NCBI RefSeq assembly: GCF_018350175.1
Contig: NC_058368.1
Location: 55,616,001 to 55,680,000 of the forward strand
Origin: Felis catus
Lineage: Eukaryota
Reading direction: 5' to 3'
DNA: 64,000 nt
Under the pieces are notes generated by a model. It did not search any database and was not told the origin of the DNA. It worked only from the letters and a program-made list of their open reading frames with translations. The position numbers were made by a program, and so were the translations under genes. Shown piece after piece: positions 25,630 through 38,262 of the stretch; within the stretch, counting starts at the first letter, position 1; every line of letters begins with the position of its first letter.

Positions 25630-26439
25630 AGATGAATATATCTGTTAAGTCCATCCGATCCAGTGTGTCATTCAAAGCATTGTTTCCTTGTTGATTTTCT
25701 GTTTAGATGATTTGTCCATTGTTGTAAGTGAGGTGTTGAAGTCCCCCTACTATTATGGTATTCTTATCAGTAAGGGTTTTTTTAAATTTTTTTTTATGTT
25801 TGTGATTGATTTATATATTTGGGTGTTTTCACATTGGGGGCATAAATGTTTATAATTGATATATCTTCTTGGTGGATAGATCCCTTAATTATGATATAAT
25901 TCCCTTCTTCATTTCTTGTTACAGTTTTTTTTTTTTTTTTAATTTAGATTGTCTGATGTAAGTTTGGCTACTCTGGCTTTCTTTTGTTGACCATTAGCAT
26001 GACAAATGGTTCTCCATCCCCTTACTGTCAATCTGAAGGTGTCTTTAAGTCTAAAATGGGTCTCTTGTAAACAGCATAGAGATGGATCTTGTTTTCTTAT
26101 CCCTTCTGTTATCCTATGTCTATTTTTTTCCTTTCTTTAATATGAAATGTATTGTCAAATTGGTTTCCATACAACACCCAGTGCTCATCCCAACAGGTGC
26201 CCTTCTCAATACCCAGCACCCACCTACCCCTCCCTCCCATCCCCCATCAACCCTCAGTTTTTTCTCAGTTTTTAGGAGTTTCTTATGTTTTGGCTCCCTC
26301 CCTCTCTAACCGTTTTTTTTCCCTTCCCCTCCCCTATGGTCTTCTGTTAAGTTTCTCAGGATCCATATAGGAGTGAAAACATATGGAAACTGTCCTTCTC
26401 TGTATGAATTATTTCACTTAGCATAACACTCTCCAGTTC

Positions 26440-29400
26440 CATCCACGTTGCTACAAAGGGCCATATTTCATTCTTTCTCATTGCCATGTAGTACTCCATT
26501 GTGTATATAAACCACAGGTTTTTTTTTTATCCATTCATCAGTTGATGGACATTTAGGCTCTTTCCATAATTTGGCTATTGTTGAGAGTGCTGCGATAAAC
26601 ATTGGGGTACAAGTGCCCCTATGCATCAGTACTCCTATATCCCTTGGGTAAATTCCTAGCAGTGCTACTGCTGGGTCATAGGGTAGGTCTATTTTTAATT
26701 TTTTGAGGAACCTCCACACTGTTTTCCAGAGTGGCTGCACCAGTTTGCATTCCCCCCAACAGTGCAAAAGGGTTCCCGTTTCTCCACATCCTCTCCAGCA
26801 TCTATAGTCTCCTGATTTGTTCATTTTGGCCACTCTGACTGGCGTGAGGTGATATCTGAGTGTGGTTTTGATTTGTATTTCTCTGATGAGGAGCGACGTT
26901 GAGCATCTTTTCATGTGCCTGTTAGCCATCCAGATGTCTTCTTTAGAGAAGTGTCTATTCATGTTTTCTGCACATTTCTTCACTAGATTATTTGTTTTTC
27001 AGGTGTGGAGTTTGGTGAGCTCTTTATAGATTTTGGATACTAGCCCTTTGTCCGATATGTCATTTGCAAATATCTTTTCCCATTCCATTGGTTGCCTTTT
27101 AGTTTTGTTGATTGTTTCCTTTGCAGTGCAGAAGCTTTTTATCTTCATGAGGTCCCAGTAGTTCATTTTTGCTTTTAATTCCCTTGCCTTTGGAGATGTG
27201 TCAATTAAGAAATTGCTGCGGCTGAGGTCAGAGAGGTTTTTCCCTGCTTTCTCCTCTAGGGTTTGATGGTTTCCTGTCTCACATTCAGGTCCTTTATCCA
27301 TTTTGAGTTTGTTTTTGTGAATGGTGTAAGAAAGTGGTCTAGTTTCATCCTTCTGCATGTTGCTGTCCAGTTCTCCCAGCACCATTTGTTAAAGAGACTA
27401 TCTTTTTTCCATTAGATATTCTTTCCTGCTTTGTCAAAGATGAGTTGGCCATACGTTTGTGGGTCTAGTTCTGGGGTTTCTATTCTATTCCATTGGTCTA
27501 TGCGTCTGTTTTTGTGCCAATACCATGCTGTCTTGATGATGACAGCTTTGTAGTAGAGGCTAAAGTCTGGGATTGTGATGCCTCCTGCTTTGGTGTTCTT
27601 CAAAATTACTTTGGCTATTCGGGGCCCTTTGTGGTTCCACACGAATTTTAGGATTGCTTCTTCTAGCTTTGAGAAGGATGCTGGTGCAATTTTGATTGGA
27701 ATTGCATTGAATGTGTAGATAGCTTTGGGTAGTATTGACATTTTATCAATATTTATTTTTGCAACCCATGAGCATGGAATGTTTTTCCATTTCTTTATAT
27801 CTTCTTCAATTTCCTTCATAAGTTTTCTATAGTTTTCAGCATACAGATTTTATATCTTTGGTTAGGTTTAATCCTAGGTATTTTATGCTTCTTGGTGCAA
27901 TTGTGAATGGGATCAGTTTCTTTGTCTTTCTGTTGCTTCATTGTTAGTGTATAAGAATTCAACTGATTTCTGTATATTAATTTTGTATCCTGCGACTTTG
28001 CTGAATTCACGTATCAGTTCTAGCAGACTTTTGGTGGAGTCTGGTGAGTTTCCATGTATAGTATGATGTCATCTGCAAAAAGTGAAAGCTTGATTTCATC
28101 TTTGCCAATTTTGATGCCTTTGATTTCCTTTTGTTGTCTGATTGCTGATGCTAGCACTTCCAACACTATGTAAAACAACAGCGGTGAGAGTGGACATCCC
28201 TGTCCTGTTCCTGATCTCAGGGGGAAAGATCTCAGTTTTTCCCCATTGAGGATGATATTAGCTGTGGGCTTTTCATAAATGGCTTTCATGATGTTTAAGT
28301 ATGTCCCTTCTTTCCTGACTTTCTCGAGGGTTTTTATTAAGAAAAGATGCTGAATTTTGTCAAATGCTTTTTCTGCATCGATTGACAGGATTGTATGGTT
28401 CTTATCTTTTCTTTTATTAATGTGATGTATCACACTGATTGATTTGTGAATGTTGAACGAGCCCTGCCTCCCAGGAATGAATCCCACTTGATCATGGTGA
28501 ATAATTCTTTTTATATGCTATTGAACTTGATTTGCTAGTATCTTGCTGAGGATTTTTGCATCCATATTCATCAGGGATATTGGCCTGTAGTTCTCTTTTT
28601 TTGCTGGGTCTCTGTCTGGTTTAGGAATCAAAGTAATGCTGGCTTCATAGAATGAGTCTGGAAGGTTTCCATCCCTTTCTATTTTTTGGAATAGCTTGAG
28701 AAGGATAGGGATTATCTCTGCTTTAAATGTCTGGTAGAATTCCTCTGGGAAGCCATCTGGTCCTGGACTCTTATTTGTTGGGAGATTTTTGATAACTGAT
28801 TCAATTTCTTCGCTGGTTATGGGTCTGTTCAAGCTTTCTATTTCCTCCTGATTGAGTTTTGGAAGAGTGTGAGTGTTTAGGAATTTGTCCATTTCCTCCA
28901 GGTTGTCTAATTTGTTGGCATATAATTTTTCATAGTATTCCCTGATAATTGTTTGTATCTCTGAGGGATTGGTTGTAATAATTCCATTTTCATTCATGAT
29001 TTTATCTATTTGGGTCATCTCCTTTTTCTTTTGAGAAGCCTGGCTAGAGGTTTGTCAATTTTGTTTATTTTTTCAAAAAACCAACTCTTGGTTTTGTTGA
29101 TCTGCTCTACAGTTTTTTTAGATTCTATATTGTTTATTTCTGCTCTGATCTTTATTATTTCTCTTCCTCTGCTGGGTTTGGGCTGCCTTTGCTGTTCTGC
29201 TTCTATTTCCTTTAGGTGTGCTGTTAGATTTTGTATTTGGGATTTTTCTTGTTTCTTGAGATAGGCCTGGATTGCAATGTATTTTCCTCTCAGGACTGCC
29301 TTCGCTGCATCCCAAAGTGTTTGGATTGTTGTATTTTCATTTTCGTTTGTTTCCATATATTTTTTAATTTCTTCTCTAATTGCCTGGTTGACCCACTCAT

Positions 29401-30166
29401 TCGTTAGTAGGGTGTTCTTTAACCTCCATGCCTTTGGAGGTTTTCCAGACTTTTTCCTGTGGTTGATTTCAAGCTTCATAGCATTGTGGTCTGAAAGTAT
29501 GCATGGTATAATTTCAATTCTTTTATACTTATGAAGGGCTGTTTTTTGACCCAGTATATGATCTATCTTGGAGAATGTTCTGTGTGCACTCGAGAAGAAA
29601 GTATATTCTGTTGCTTTGGGATGCAGAGTTCTAAATATATCTGTCAAGTCCATCTGATCCAATGTCTCATTCAGGGCCCTTGTTTCTTTATTGATTCTCT
29701 GTCTAGATGATCTATCCATTTCTGTAAGTGGAGTGTTAAATTCCCCTGCAATTACCACATTCTTATCAATAACTTATGTTTATGAGTAATTGTTTTATAT
29801 ATTTGGGGGCTCCAGTATTCGGCACATAGACATTTATAATTGTTAGCTCTTCCTGATGGATAGACCCTGTAATTATTATATAATGCCCTCCTTCATCTCT
29901 TGTTACAGGCTTTAATTTAAAGTCTAGTTTGTCTGATATAGGTATGGCTACTCCAGCTTTCTTTTGACTTCCAGTAGCATGATAAATAGTTCTCCATCCC
30001 CTCACTCTCAATCTAAAGGTGTCCTCAGATCTAAAATGAGTCTCTTGTAGACAGCAAATAGATGGGTCTTGTTTTTTTTCTATTCTGATACCCTATGTCT
30101 TTTGGTTGGCACATTTAATCCATTTACATTCAGTGTTATTATAGAAAGATTTGGGTTTAGAGTCAT
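26440..30166 (-). pseudogene. L1 ORF2 remnant
   Basis: [64 protein letters not shown]. Confidence 0.96.
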
Positions 30167-30216
30167 TGTGATGTCTGTATGATTTATGCTTGTAGTGATG
30201 TCTCTGGTACTTTGTC

Positions 30217-31104
30217 TCACAGGATCCCCCTTAGGATCTCTTGTAGGGCTGGTTTAGTGGTGACAAATTCCTTCAGTTTTTGTTTGTTTGGGAAGACCTT
30301 TATCTCTCCTTCTATTCTGAATGACAGACTTGCTGGATAAAGGATTCTCGACTGCATATTTTTTCTGTTCATCACATTGAAGATCTCGTTCCAATCCTTT
30401 CTGGCCTGCCGAGTTTCAAAAGAGAGATGAGTCACACGTCTTTATAGGTCTCTCTTTATATGTGAGGGCACGTTTATCCCTTGCTGCTTTCAGAATTTTC
30501 TCTTTATCCTTTTTTTTGCCAGTTTCACTATGATATGTCATGCAGAAGATCGATTCAAGTTACATCTGAAGGGAGTTCTCTGTGCCTCTTGGATTTCAGT
30601 GCCTTTTTCCTTCCCCAGTTCAGGGACGTTCTCAGCTATTATTTCTTCTAGTACCCCTTCAGTACCTTTCCCTCTCTCTTTCTCCTCTGGGATACCAATT
30701 ATGCGTATATGATTTCTTTTTAGTGTATCACTTAGTTCTCTAATTTTCCTCATACTCCTGGATTTTTTATCTCTCTTTTTCTCAGCTTCCTCTTTTTCCA
30801 TAACTTTATCTTCTAGTTCACCTATTCTTTCCTCTGCCTCTTCAATCCGAGCCATCTTCATTTCCATTTTATTTTGCATTTCGTTTAAAGCACTTTTCAG
30901 CTTTTCGTGACTGTAACTTAGTCCCTTGATCTCTGTAGCAAGAGATTCTCTGCTGTCCTGTATACTGTTTTCAAGCCCAGCGATTAATTTTATGACTATT
31001 ATTCTAAATTCACTTTCTGTTATATTATTTAAATCCTTTTTGATCAGTTCATTGGCTGTTATTTCCTGGAGATTCTTTTGAGGGGAATTCTTCCATTTGG
31101 TCAT
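30217..31104 (-). pseudogene. L1 ORF1 remnant
   Basis: MTKWKNSPQK, IRIIGIPE, RILYPASLSF, KPALQEILRGIL. Confidence 0.95.
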
Positions 31105-32015
31105 TTTGGATAGGCCCAGGCGTGGTGCGGACCTGCAGGGCACTTCCCCTGTGCTGTGGTGTAGAACTGGAGTTGGTGGGTGGGGCCGCAGTCAGACCTG
31201 ATGTCTGCCCCCAGCCCACCGCTGGGGCCACAGTCAGACTGGTGTGTGACTTCTCTTCCCCTCTCCTAGGGGCGGGATTCACTGTGGGGTGGCGTGGCCC
31301 GTCTGGGCTACTTGCACACTGCCAGGCTTGTGGTGTTGGGGATCTGGCGTATTAGCTGGGGTGGGTAGGCAAGGTGCACAGGGGCAGGAGGGGCAGGCTT
31401 AGCTCGCTTCTCCTTAGGTGATCCACTTCAGGAGGGGGGCCCTGTGGCAGCGGGAGGGAGTCAGACCCGCTGCCGGAGGGTTGGCTCCGCAGAAGCACAG
31501 CGTTGGGTGTTTGCGCGGAGCAAGCAAGTTCCCTGGCAGGGATCAGTTCCCTTTGGGATTTTGGCTGGGGGATGGGCAAGGGATATGGCGCTGGCGAGCG
31601 CCTTTGTTCCCCGCCAAACTGAGCTCTGTCCTCCCGGGGCTCAGCAACTCTCCTTCCCTTTGTCCTCCAGCCTTCCAGCTTTCCGAGCAGAGCTGTTAGC
31701 TTATAACCTTCCAAATGTCAGGTCCTGCTTGCTGTCGGAACACACTCCGTCAGGCCCCTCCACTTTTGCCAGCCAGACTCCGGGACTCTGCTTGGCCGGC
31801 AGGCTGCCCCTCCGCCCCAGCTCCCTCCCGCCAGTCCGTGGAGCGCGCACCGCCTCTCTGCCCTTCCTACACTCTTCTTTGGGCCTCTCGTCTGCGTTTG
31901 GCTCCGGAGACTCTGTTCTGCTGGTCTTCTGCTGGTTTTCTGGGTTATTTAGGCAGGTGTAGGTGGAATGTAAGTGATCAGCAGGACGCGCGGTAAGCCC
32001 AGCGACCTCCTACGC

Positions 32016-32024
32016 CGCCATCTT
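32016..32024 (-). promoter_or_regulatory. YY1-type motif AAGATGGCG at the L1 5' end (second copy near 33040-33047)
   Basis: cgccatctt on plus at the first bases of the 5'UTR, where L1 YY1 sites typically lie. Confidence 0.6.
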
Positions 32025-32039
32025 CCCTCCATCACCGAA

Positions 32040-33055
32040 CGATTAATTTTATGACTACTATTTAAATTCATTTTCTCTATTTCTTAAATCGTTTTTGATC
32101 AGTTCATTAGCTGTCGCTACCTCCTGGCATTTCTTTTGAGTAGAACCCTTCCATTTCATCATTTTGGATAGTCCCTGGAGTGGCAGGGAACTGCAGGGCT
32201 CTTCCTCTGTGCTGTCTAGAGTAACTTGGTTTGGGGGCGGGGCCACAATCAGACCTGAGATCTGCCCCCAGCCCACCGCTGGGGCCACAGTCAGACTGGT
32301 GTGTACCTTCCCTTCTCCCAGGGGCAGGACTCACTGTGGAGAGGTGTGGCCCCTGTCTGGTCTACTTGCACACTGCCAGGCTTGTGCTGCTTCGATGGGA
32401 TCTGGCATATTAGCCAGGGTGGATCCGCAAGGTGCACAGGGGTGGGAGGGGCAGGCCTAGCTCACTTTGCCTTCAGTTATCCGCTTTGGGAGGGAGGCGC
32501 CGGGAGGGTGGCAGACCCATTGGAGGGATGGATCTGCAGAAGCACAGCATTGGGTGTTTGCGCGGTGCAAGCAAGCTCCCTGATTGGAACTGGTTCCCTT
32601 TGGGATTTTGCCTGGGGGATGGGCGAGGGAGATGGCACTTCCCAGTGCCTTTGTTCCCCACCAAGTTGTGCTCTGTTGTCTGGGGCTCAACAACTCTCCC
32701 TCCAGCTCTTTGAGCAGAGCTGTTGACTTATAACATTCCAGCTGTTAAGTCCCACTGGCTGTCAGAACACACTCCGTCCGGCCCCTCTGCTTTTGGAAGC
32801 CAGACGAGCGGGCTCTGCCTTGCTGGGTGGGCTGCCCCTTCACCGCTCCCACCCTCCAGTCTGTGTAGCGCGCACTGCCTCTCCGCCCTTCCTATCTTCT
32901 TCCGTGGGCCTCTTGTCTATGCTTGGCTCTGGAGAGTCCCTTCTGTTAGTCTTCTGGCAGTTTTCTGGGTAAATTAGGCAGATGTGGGTGGAATCTAAGT
33001 GATCAGCGGGACGCGGTGAGCCCAGCGTCCTCCTACGCTGCCATCTTCCTGAACT
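32040..33055 (-). mobile_element. Second L1 5'UTR plus about 120 bp of ORF1, directly upstream of the young L1
   Basis: Complete 5'UTR homologous to 7466-8394 and 31105-32030; ORF1 start MMKWKGSTQKK breaks off at ...cataaaattaatcg. Confidence 0.92.
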
Positions 33056-35171
33056 CTCTCTCTGACCTATGTCATTTGATTGGAGTGTTCAGTCCATTGA
33101 CATTTAGAGTGAGTACTGAAATATATGAATTTAGTGCCATTGTGTTGTCTATAGAGTTTGAGTTTCTGGTGGTATTCTCTGGTCCTTTCTAGTCTTTGTT
33201 GCTTTTGGTCCTTTTTGTTTTGTTTCTCTTTTTCTCCCCTCAGAGAGTTCCCCTTAAAATTTCTTGCAAGGCTGGTTTAGTGGTCATGAACTCCTTTAAT
33301 TTTTGTTTGTCTGGGAAATTCTTTATCTCTCCTTCTGTTTTTAATGAGAGCCTTGCTGGATAAAGAATTATTGGCTGTATATTTTTTCTGATTCAGCACA
33401 TTAAATATATCCTGCCACTCCTTTCTGGCCTGCCAAGCTTCTGTAATTAGGTCTGCTGTGAACCTGATCTGTCTTTTCTTATAGGTTTGGGACTTTTCAC
33501 TTGCTGGTTCCATAATTCTCCCCTTGTCTGTGTATTGTGTGAATTTGACTATGATTTTGCCTGTTAATGGTCACTTTGTGTTGAATCTAATAGGAGTTCC
33601 CTGTGCTTCTTGGATTTTGATGTCTGTGTCTTTTCCCAGGTTAGGAAAGTTGTCTGCTGTGATTTTGTCATATAAACTTTCTGCCCCTTTTTCTCTTTCT
33701 TCATCTTCTGGGACTCCTATGATTCAGATGTTATTCCTTTTTAGTGAGTCACTGAGTTCTCTAATTCTTATATTGTGCTCTTGAGGCTTAGTTGCCCTCT
33801 TTTTTCCTGCTTTATTTCTCTCCATAATTGTCTTGTATATCACTGATTCACTGCTCTACGTCATTCATCCTGCCAACTGTGACTTTTATTCAAGATTGCA
33901 TCTGTTATAGTGTTTTTAATTTTGTTGTGACTAGATTTTACTTTTTTTATCTCCACAGAAAAGGATTCTATGCTTTTTTCAACCCCAGCTAGTATTCTTA
34001 TTATTGTGGTTCTAAATTGTAGTTGAGACATCTTGCTTACATCTGTGTTAAGTCCCTAGCTGTCATTTCTTCCTGTTCTTTCTTTTGGGGTGAATTCCTT
34101 CATTTTGTCATTTTTGAGGAAGAAAAAGAATTAATAAAATAAAAAATTAAGAAGATTAAAAACAATCCATAAAATAAAGAAAGCTAGATCCTGTGTATGT
34201 TTTGGTTGTTAAAAGAAGCTTGATCGAATAGAGAAAAGAGGGAAAGAAAAGAGAAAGAAAAATAAGAAAGCGTTTAAAAATTAAAAAAAAGTACTCAATA
34301 AAATAGAATAAAATGAATTGAAGAAGGTAAAATAGAATAAAAAATAAATTTATAAAAAATAAAAAAGTAAAAGTTAATAATTTTATGTAAAAAAATAAAA
34401 AATAATTTTTTTCTTTTTGTATCTAAGAATAATAAAAGAAATTAAAGAAACAAAAACAGACCAATGAACAAAATCAAATCCAATGAAACAATATGGAGTT
34501 TCCTCAAAAAATTAAAAATAGAACTACCCCACAACCCAGCCATTGCACTCCTAGGTATTTATCCAAAGGATACAGGTGTGCTGTTTTGAAGGGGCATATG
34601 CACCCCAATGTTTATTGCGGTGATATAGACCATAGCCATTTAGAAAGAGCCCAAATTTCCATCGACAGATGAATGTATAAAGAAAGTGTAGTATATATTT
34701 ATAACGGAGTATTACTTGGCAGTCAAAAAGAATGAAATCTTGTCATTTGCAACAATGTGGATGGAACTAGAGGGTATTATGATAAGCAAAATTACAGAAA
34801 GACAAATACCATATGACTTCACCCATATGTGGAATTTAAGATACAAAACAGATGATCATAAAGGAAGGGAAGCAAAAAATAATATAAAAACAGGGAAGGG
34901 GACAAGACTCTCAGATATAGAGAACAAACCGAGGGTTGCTGGAGGGATTGTGGGGTGGGCGGATGGACTAAATGGGCATGGGACATTAAGGAGGACCCTT
35001 TTTGGGATAAGCACTGGGTGTTATATGTAGGGGATGAATCACTGGATTCTACTCCTGAAATCATTAGTGAACTATATGCTAACTAGCTTGGATGTAAATT
35101 TTAAAAAAATGATTAATTAAAAAAGAAAAAGAATGAGGATTCTCACAGCAACCAACTGTTAAGCCACCTAC

Positions 35172-35364
35172 ATTTGGGATGCTTCAAGGATTGTTTTGAT
35201 TTTCTTCATTTCATTGGGAAAACAGAGACTCAAATTTCTTCTATGCCAGTTATTTATTTGCACTTCTCTAGCATTTTCAGGAACACTTTTGGAAAATTAC
35301 ATAAAAGAGCAGCACCTGTCCAAGTGTTAATACCCAAGTCAGTACTTTATAATATTTTTCTCTC
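35172..35364 (-). pseudogene. Candidate pseudo-exon, 193 nt, probably frameshifted: ERKIL*STDLGINTWTGAALLCNF / PENAREVQINNWHRRNLSLCFPNEMKKIKTILEASQ
   Basis: cattttag| acceptor, |gtaggt donor. Confidence 0.4.
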
Positions 35365-35582
35365 CTAAAATGGACTATTTACTGGCTTTCTCTTCATCCA
35401 TCATTAACCCCCCTGACTAGGGGATATTGTTAGTTCATCTGGAAGACTCAGTACTACATTTGATATTTAGCCAGTGTGAGCTAAAGTGTGCATTACAATT
35501 GTGTAAGTTCCATGGTAAATCCCACAACTTTTTCCTGTCAACATTTTTTAAACATTACAAACATTGTAGCCCATACATTTAC

Positions 35583-35640
35583 TTCACATATATGTACAAA
35601 TAGCCTGTCAGTATCAAAGTCATTATAGCAGGTTCTGAGG
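35583..35640 (-). pseudogene. Candidate pseudo-exon, 58 nt, phase 2-0: LRTCYNDFDTDRLFVHICE
   Basis: tgacag| and gaa|gtaaat, open frame. Confidence 0.35.
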
Positions 35641-35746
35641 CTGTCAGCATATGTTTAGAGAGTAAGCAAAATATGATAGCTCTTATAATGTGACAGATTT
35701 TTTTTTTCTTATAAATTTGTGTTTCTTTAAAAAAACTGTCAATATG

Positions 35747-35962
35747 GGTCGCCTGGGTGGCGCAGTCAGTTAAGCGTCCGACTTCAGCCAGGTCACGATC
35801 TCGCGGTCCGTGAGTTCGAGCCCCGCGTCGAGCTCTGGGCTGATGGCTCAGAGCCTGGAGCCTGTTTCCGATTCTGTGTCTCCCTCTCTCTCTGCCCCTC
35901 CCCTGTTCACGCTCTGTCTCTCTCTGTCCCAAAAATAAATAAATGTTGAAAAAAAAATAAAA
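35747..35962 (+). mobile_element. Young SINEC_Fc-type SINE
   Basis: CpG-rich body; TSD aaaaaactgtcaatatg. Confidence 0.96.
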
Positions 35963-36619
35963 AAAAAACTGTCAATATGCATAACCAGATTCATGAATAT
36001 TAGATTCATGAATTATTATAGATATTATTATTATAACATATATGCCATATACATATTATAGATCATAAATTATATACTAAGTTACATCATATCATAAATC
36101 ACAAAATGTATACTGTATTTGGAGTTAATAGTTGAACAAAGCATTTTTTATGAAAAAATCTAAATTTATCTTGAGGTGAAGTTATTTATCATTTGCTGAT
36201 ATTGATACATAATAATGAGGAAGAACAATAGTTGAATTTGCACACCAAAGTTAGAACAAATGAACTTATTACATCTGTGCCAATAATTGTTAAAATACAA
36301 AAAAATAATTAATCAAACTTAAGAAAAATCAATGAAGATTAAAACAATCCTTTTATATACTTGATTTAGACATTAGTTAGAAAACAATTAAAATTTGAAA
36401 AAGTAACACTAAAACATAAAATTAACTAATAAAATTACATTATGAGGTATATCACAGTCTCTCCAGAATATCAGTGCTGGTAGATTTGATTTGCTTATAT
36501 TGATAAAATAATTTATTTCTAACAGTGTAGAAGTGAGACATTTGATTTTGTGCCCCTAAATTAAACATCCATGTCTATCTCATTGCACATATTTAAAAAA
36601 AATTATCATTTATTTCTTA

Positions 36620-36807
36620 ACATTTTAAATATATTTTATTTATTTTCATTTTGAGAGAGAGAGAGAATGTAAGCAGGGGAGGAGCAGAGAGAGGGAGGGA
36701 GAGAATGGAGCCTGACACAGGGCTCGAACTCACAACTGTGAGATCATGACCTGCACTGAAATCAACAATCAGTTAGAAACTTCGCCAACTGACCACCCTA
36801 GCATCCC
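36620..36807 (-). mobile_element. Can-SINE, older and internally deleted
   Basis: Partial SINE body. Confidence 0.85.
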
Positions 36808-37199
36808 AAACATTTTTTTATATCTTATCCATTATTTTGAAAAGCATATTTACTAATAAGATACTATCTACAGAAAGTGGCTAAATTTTATGTGAAATAA
36901 TCACCTTTCCATGTCCATAATAAATAAATAATGTTGGTATCCTTGAAAGCACAATAATTTATTGCTTTTAAAAGAAAATTATGAATAAAATTCAAATTTC
37001 ATAGAGGTATGGAAATGAACCTACAATATGAAAGATGCTATTACATTAGTACAAGTTATGTATGTCATATTTCCTATATTACTTGAATGGTGTTATTTTC
37101 TAATATTTAAGTGGAAATGTAGGGGGAGGATCTTGTTCATTGTTCGCTTTGTTTTTTAACAACCCCCTAAACTTATTCTAAAGATGCAAACCCGATTAC

Positions 37200-38139
37200 C
37201 TCAGAATTATGTGAACTGATAAGGACAGACTTAAATTGAGAAGCAGTAGGAGATTCCTTTCTGGCTTTTCTTAAGGACCTCATCGTCAAAACCACAAAGG
37301 TTGGCACTGTAGTGGTCTTAAAGAAGTGCAGTAAGAAATAATTATTTAATCACTGCATGAATAATTTAAAGCAAAAATGTTTTTCCAGTTAAATATTCAG
37401 AAGGGAACATAAAGGGGACCAAACCACAGCTTGAAATTTCTTTTTTTGTCCAGAAGAGTGTACATAGCACTCTTCTGCAAGCAAAAAGCAAACAAACAAA
37501 AGAGGTGTGTGTCTACTGTGTTAGCTATTGAGGCTCTGATTTAGAAGAAGGTACACTAGAAGAAATTTGAAGCAGATGCTGATTACCAGTTTACCAATTT
37601 CACTGCAATGTGAGTTAAATTAAAAAGGCCAGTGAAATTTGGAGCAGGGATAATGAAAAAAAGACTTTCGATTTTCTGCATTTCAGAACATCAACTTTGA
37701 AGAGTAAATACAAAAAACTTCTGTGGCAGTGGTAGTTGCCAGTAGTTACAACAGTAATAGAATATTCATATATAAGACCACAGAACTTAGCTGTAGTGAA
37801 GTAAGTTAAATGATTTTGAAGCTGTACCCTTCACTATCTCTTTCTGCCTCTTTACATACAGAGGAGTTTAGGAAATTAATTTACATTACCTAAAAACTCA
37901 TGGCTGTTGTCCTGGAATGCATTCAGTTAGACACAAAAAAGGAAACAAAACTTTATCTACCAGCACAAGTCTTCAGCTTTGCAGGCAGCAACAACAAAAA
38001 GCAAGTATGGAAGAAGGGGCTTCAGAATTAGTCTCTATTTACCATTTAGAGACATCCTACTAGTGATGCCAGCTTCTTAGCCTTTCTTACTGATTCAAGG
38101 TCCCAGCACTATAGTCTGAGTGCGGCATGAGTCTTAGTT
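37200..38139 (-). pseudogene. Cluster of five candidate pseudo-exons: 38043-38139, 37890-37911, 37595-37675, 37425-37474, 37200-37316
   Basis: All AG/GT bounded; phases chain 2-0, 0-1, 1-1, 1-0, 0-0; last two fully open (ECYVHSSGQKKKFQAV | TTTVPTFVVLTMRSLRKARKESPTASQFKSVLISSHNSE). Confidence 0.5.
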
Positions 38140-38262
38140 CTGTAAATTCTTACTTTTTGATTATGCAGGAAATCATTCTCAGAAGTGGTCCAAGAAACTG
38201 CTCCCCAGTTGTCTCCATTAGATAAGAATTTAACTCTCTTTATTAAATTTCTTTCAAATTTA

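Larger units (their letters stand above)
26121..32030 (-). mobile_element. Full-length, relatively young felid LINE-1 (inactive)
   Basis: CpG-rich 5'UTR 31105-32030, ORF1 31104-30217, ORF2 ~30166-26440 with LFADD motif, 3'UTR and A-rich tail; several frameshifts. Confidence 0.97.
24376..35127 (+). mobile_element. Older carnivore L1 with a large 5' inversion: minus-oriented ORF2 N-half, ORF1 and part of 5'UTR (24376-26120 and 33066-34490) joined to a plus-oriented 3' end (34490-35127); hosts nested insertions
   Basis: TSD aaagaatggggatcctca (24358-24375) / aaagaatgaggattctca (35128-35145) at a TTT/AAAG site; host sequence is contiguous across 26120/33066. Confidence 0.85.

Noticed and set aside
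26121..32030. Retrotransposition-competent L1
   Set aside because: ORF1 and ORF2 are each split over several frames; the same holds for 2308-8394.
34115..34490. Long A-rich tract as a polyA tail or novel repeat
   Set aside because: It directly precedes the host L1 ORF1 start on the minus strand and fits a T-rich 5'UTR segment.
35747..35830. tRNA-like A/B-box sequence (tggcgcagtcagtt...gttcgagccc)
   Set aside because: It is the tRNA-derived head of a SINE, not a tRNA gene.
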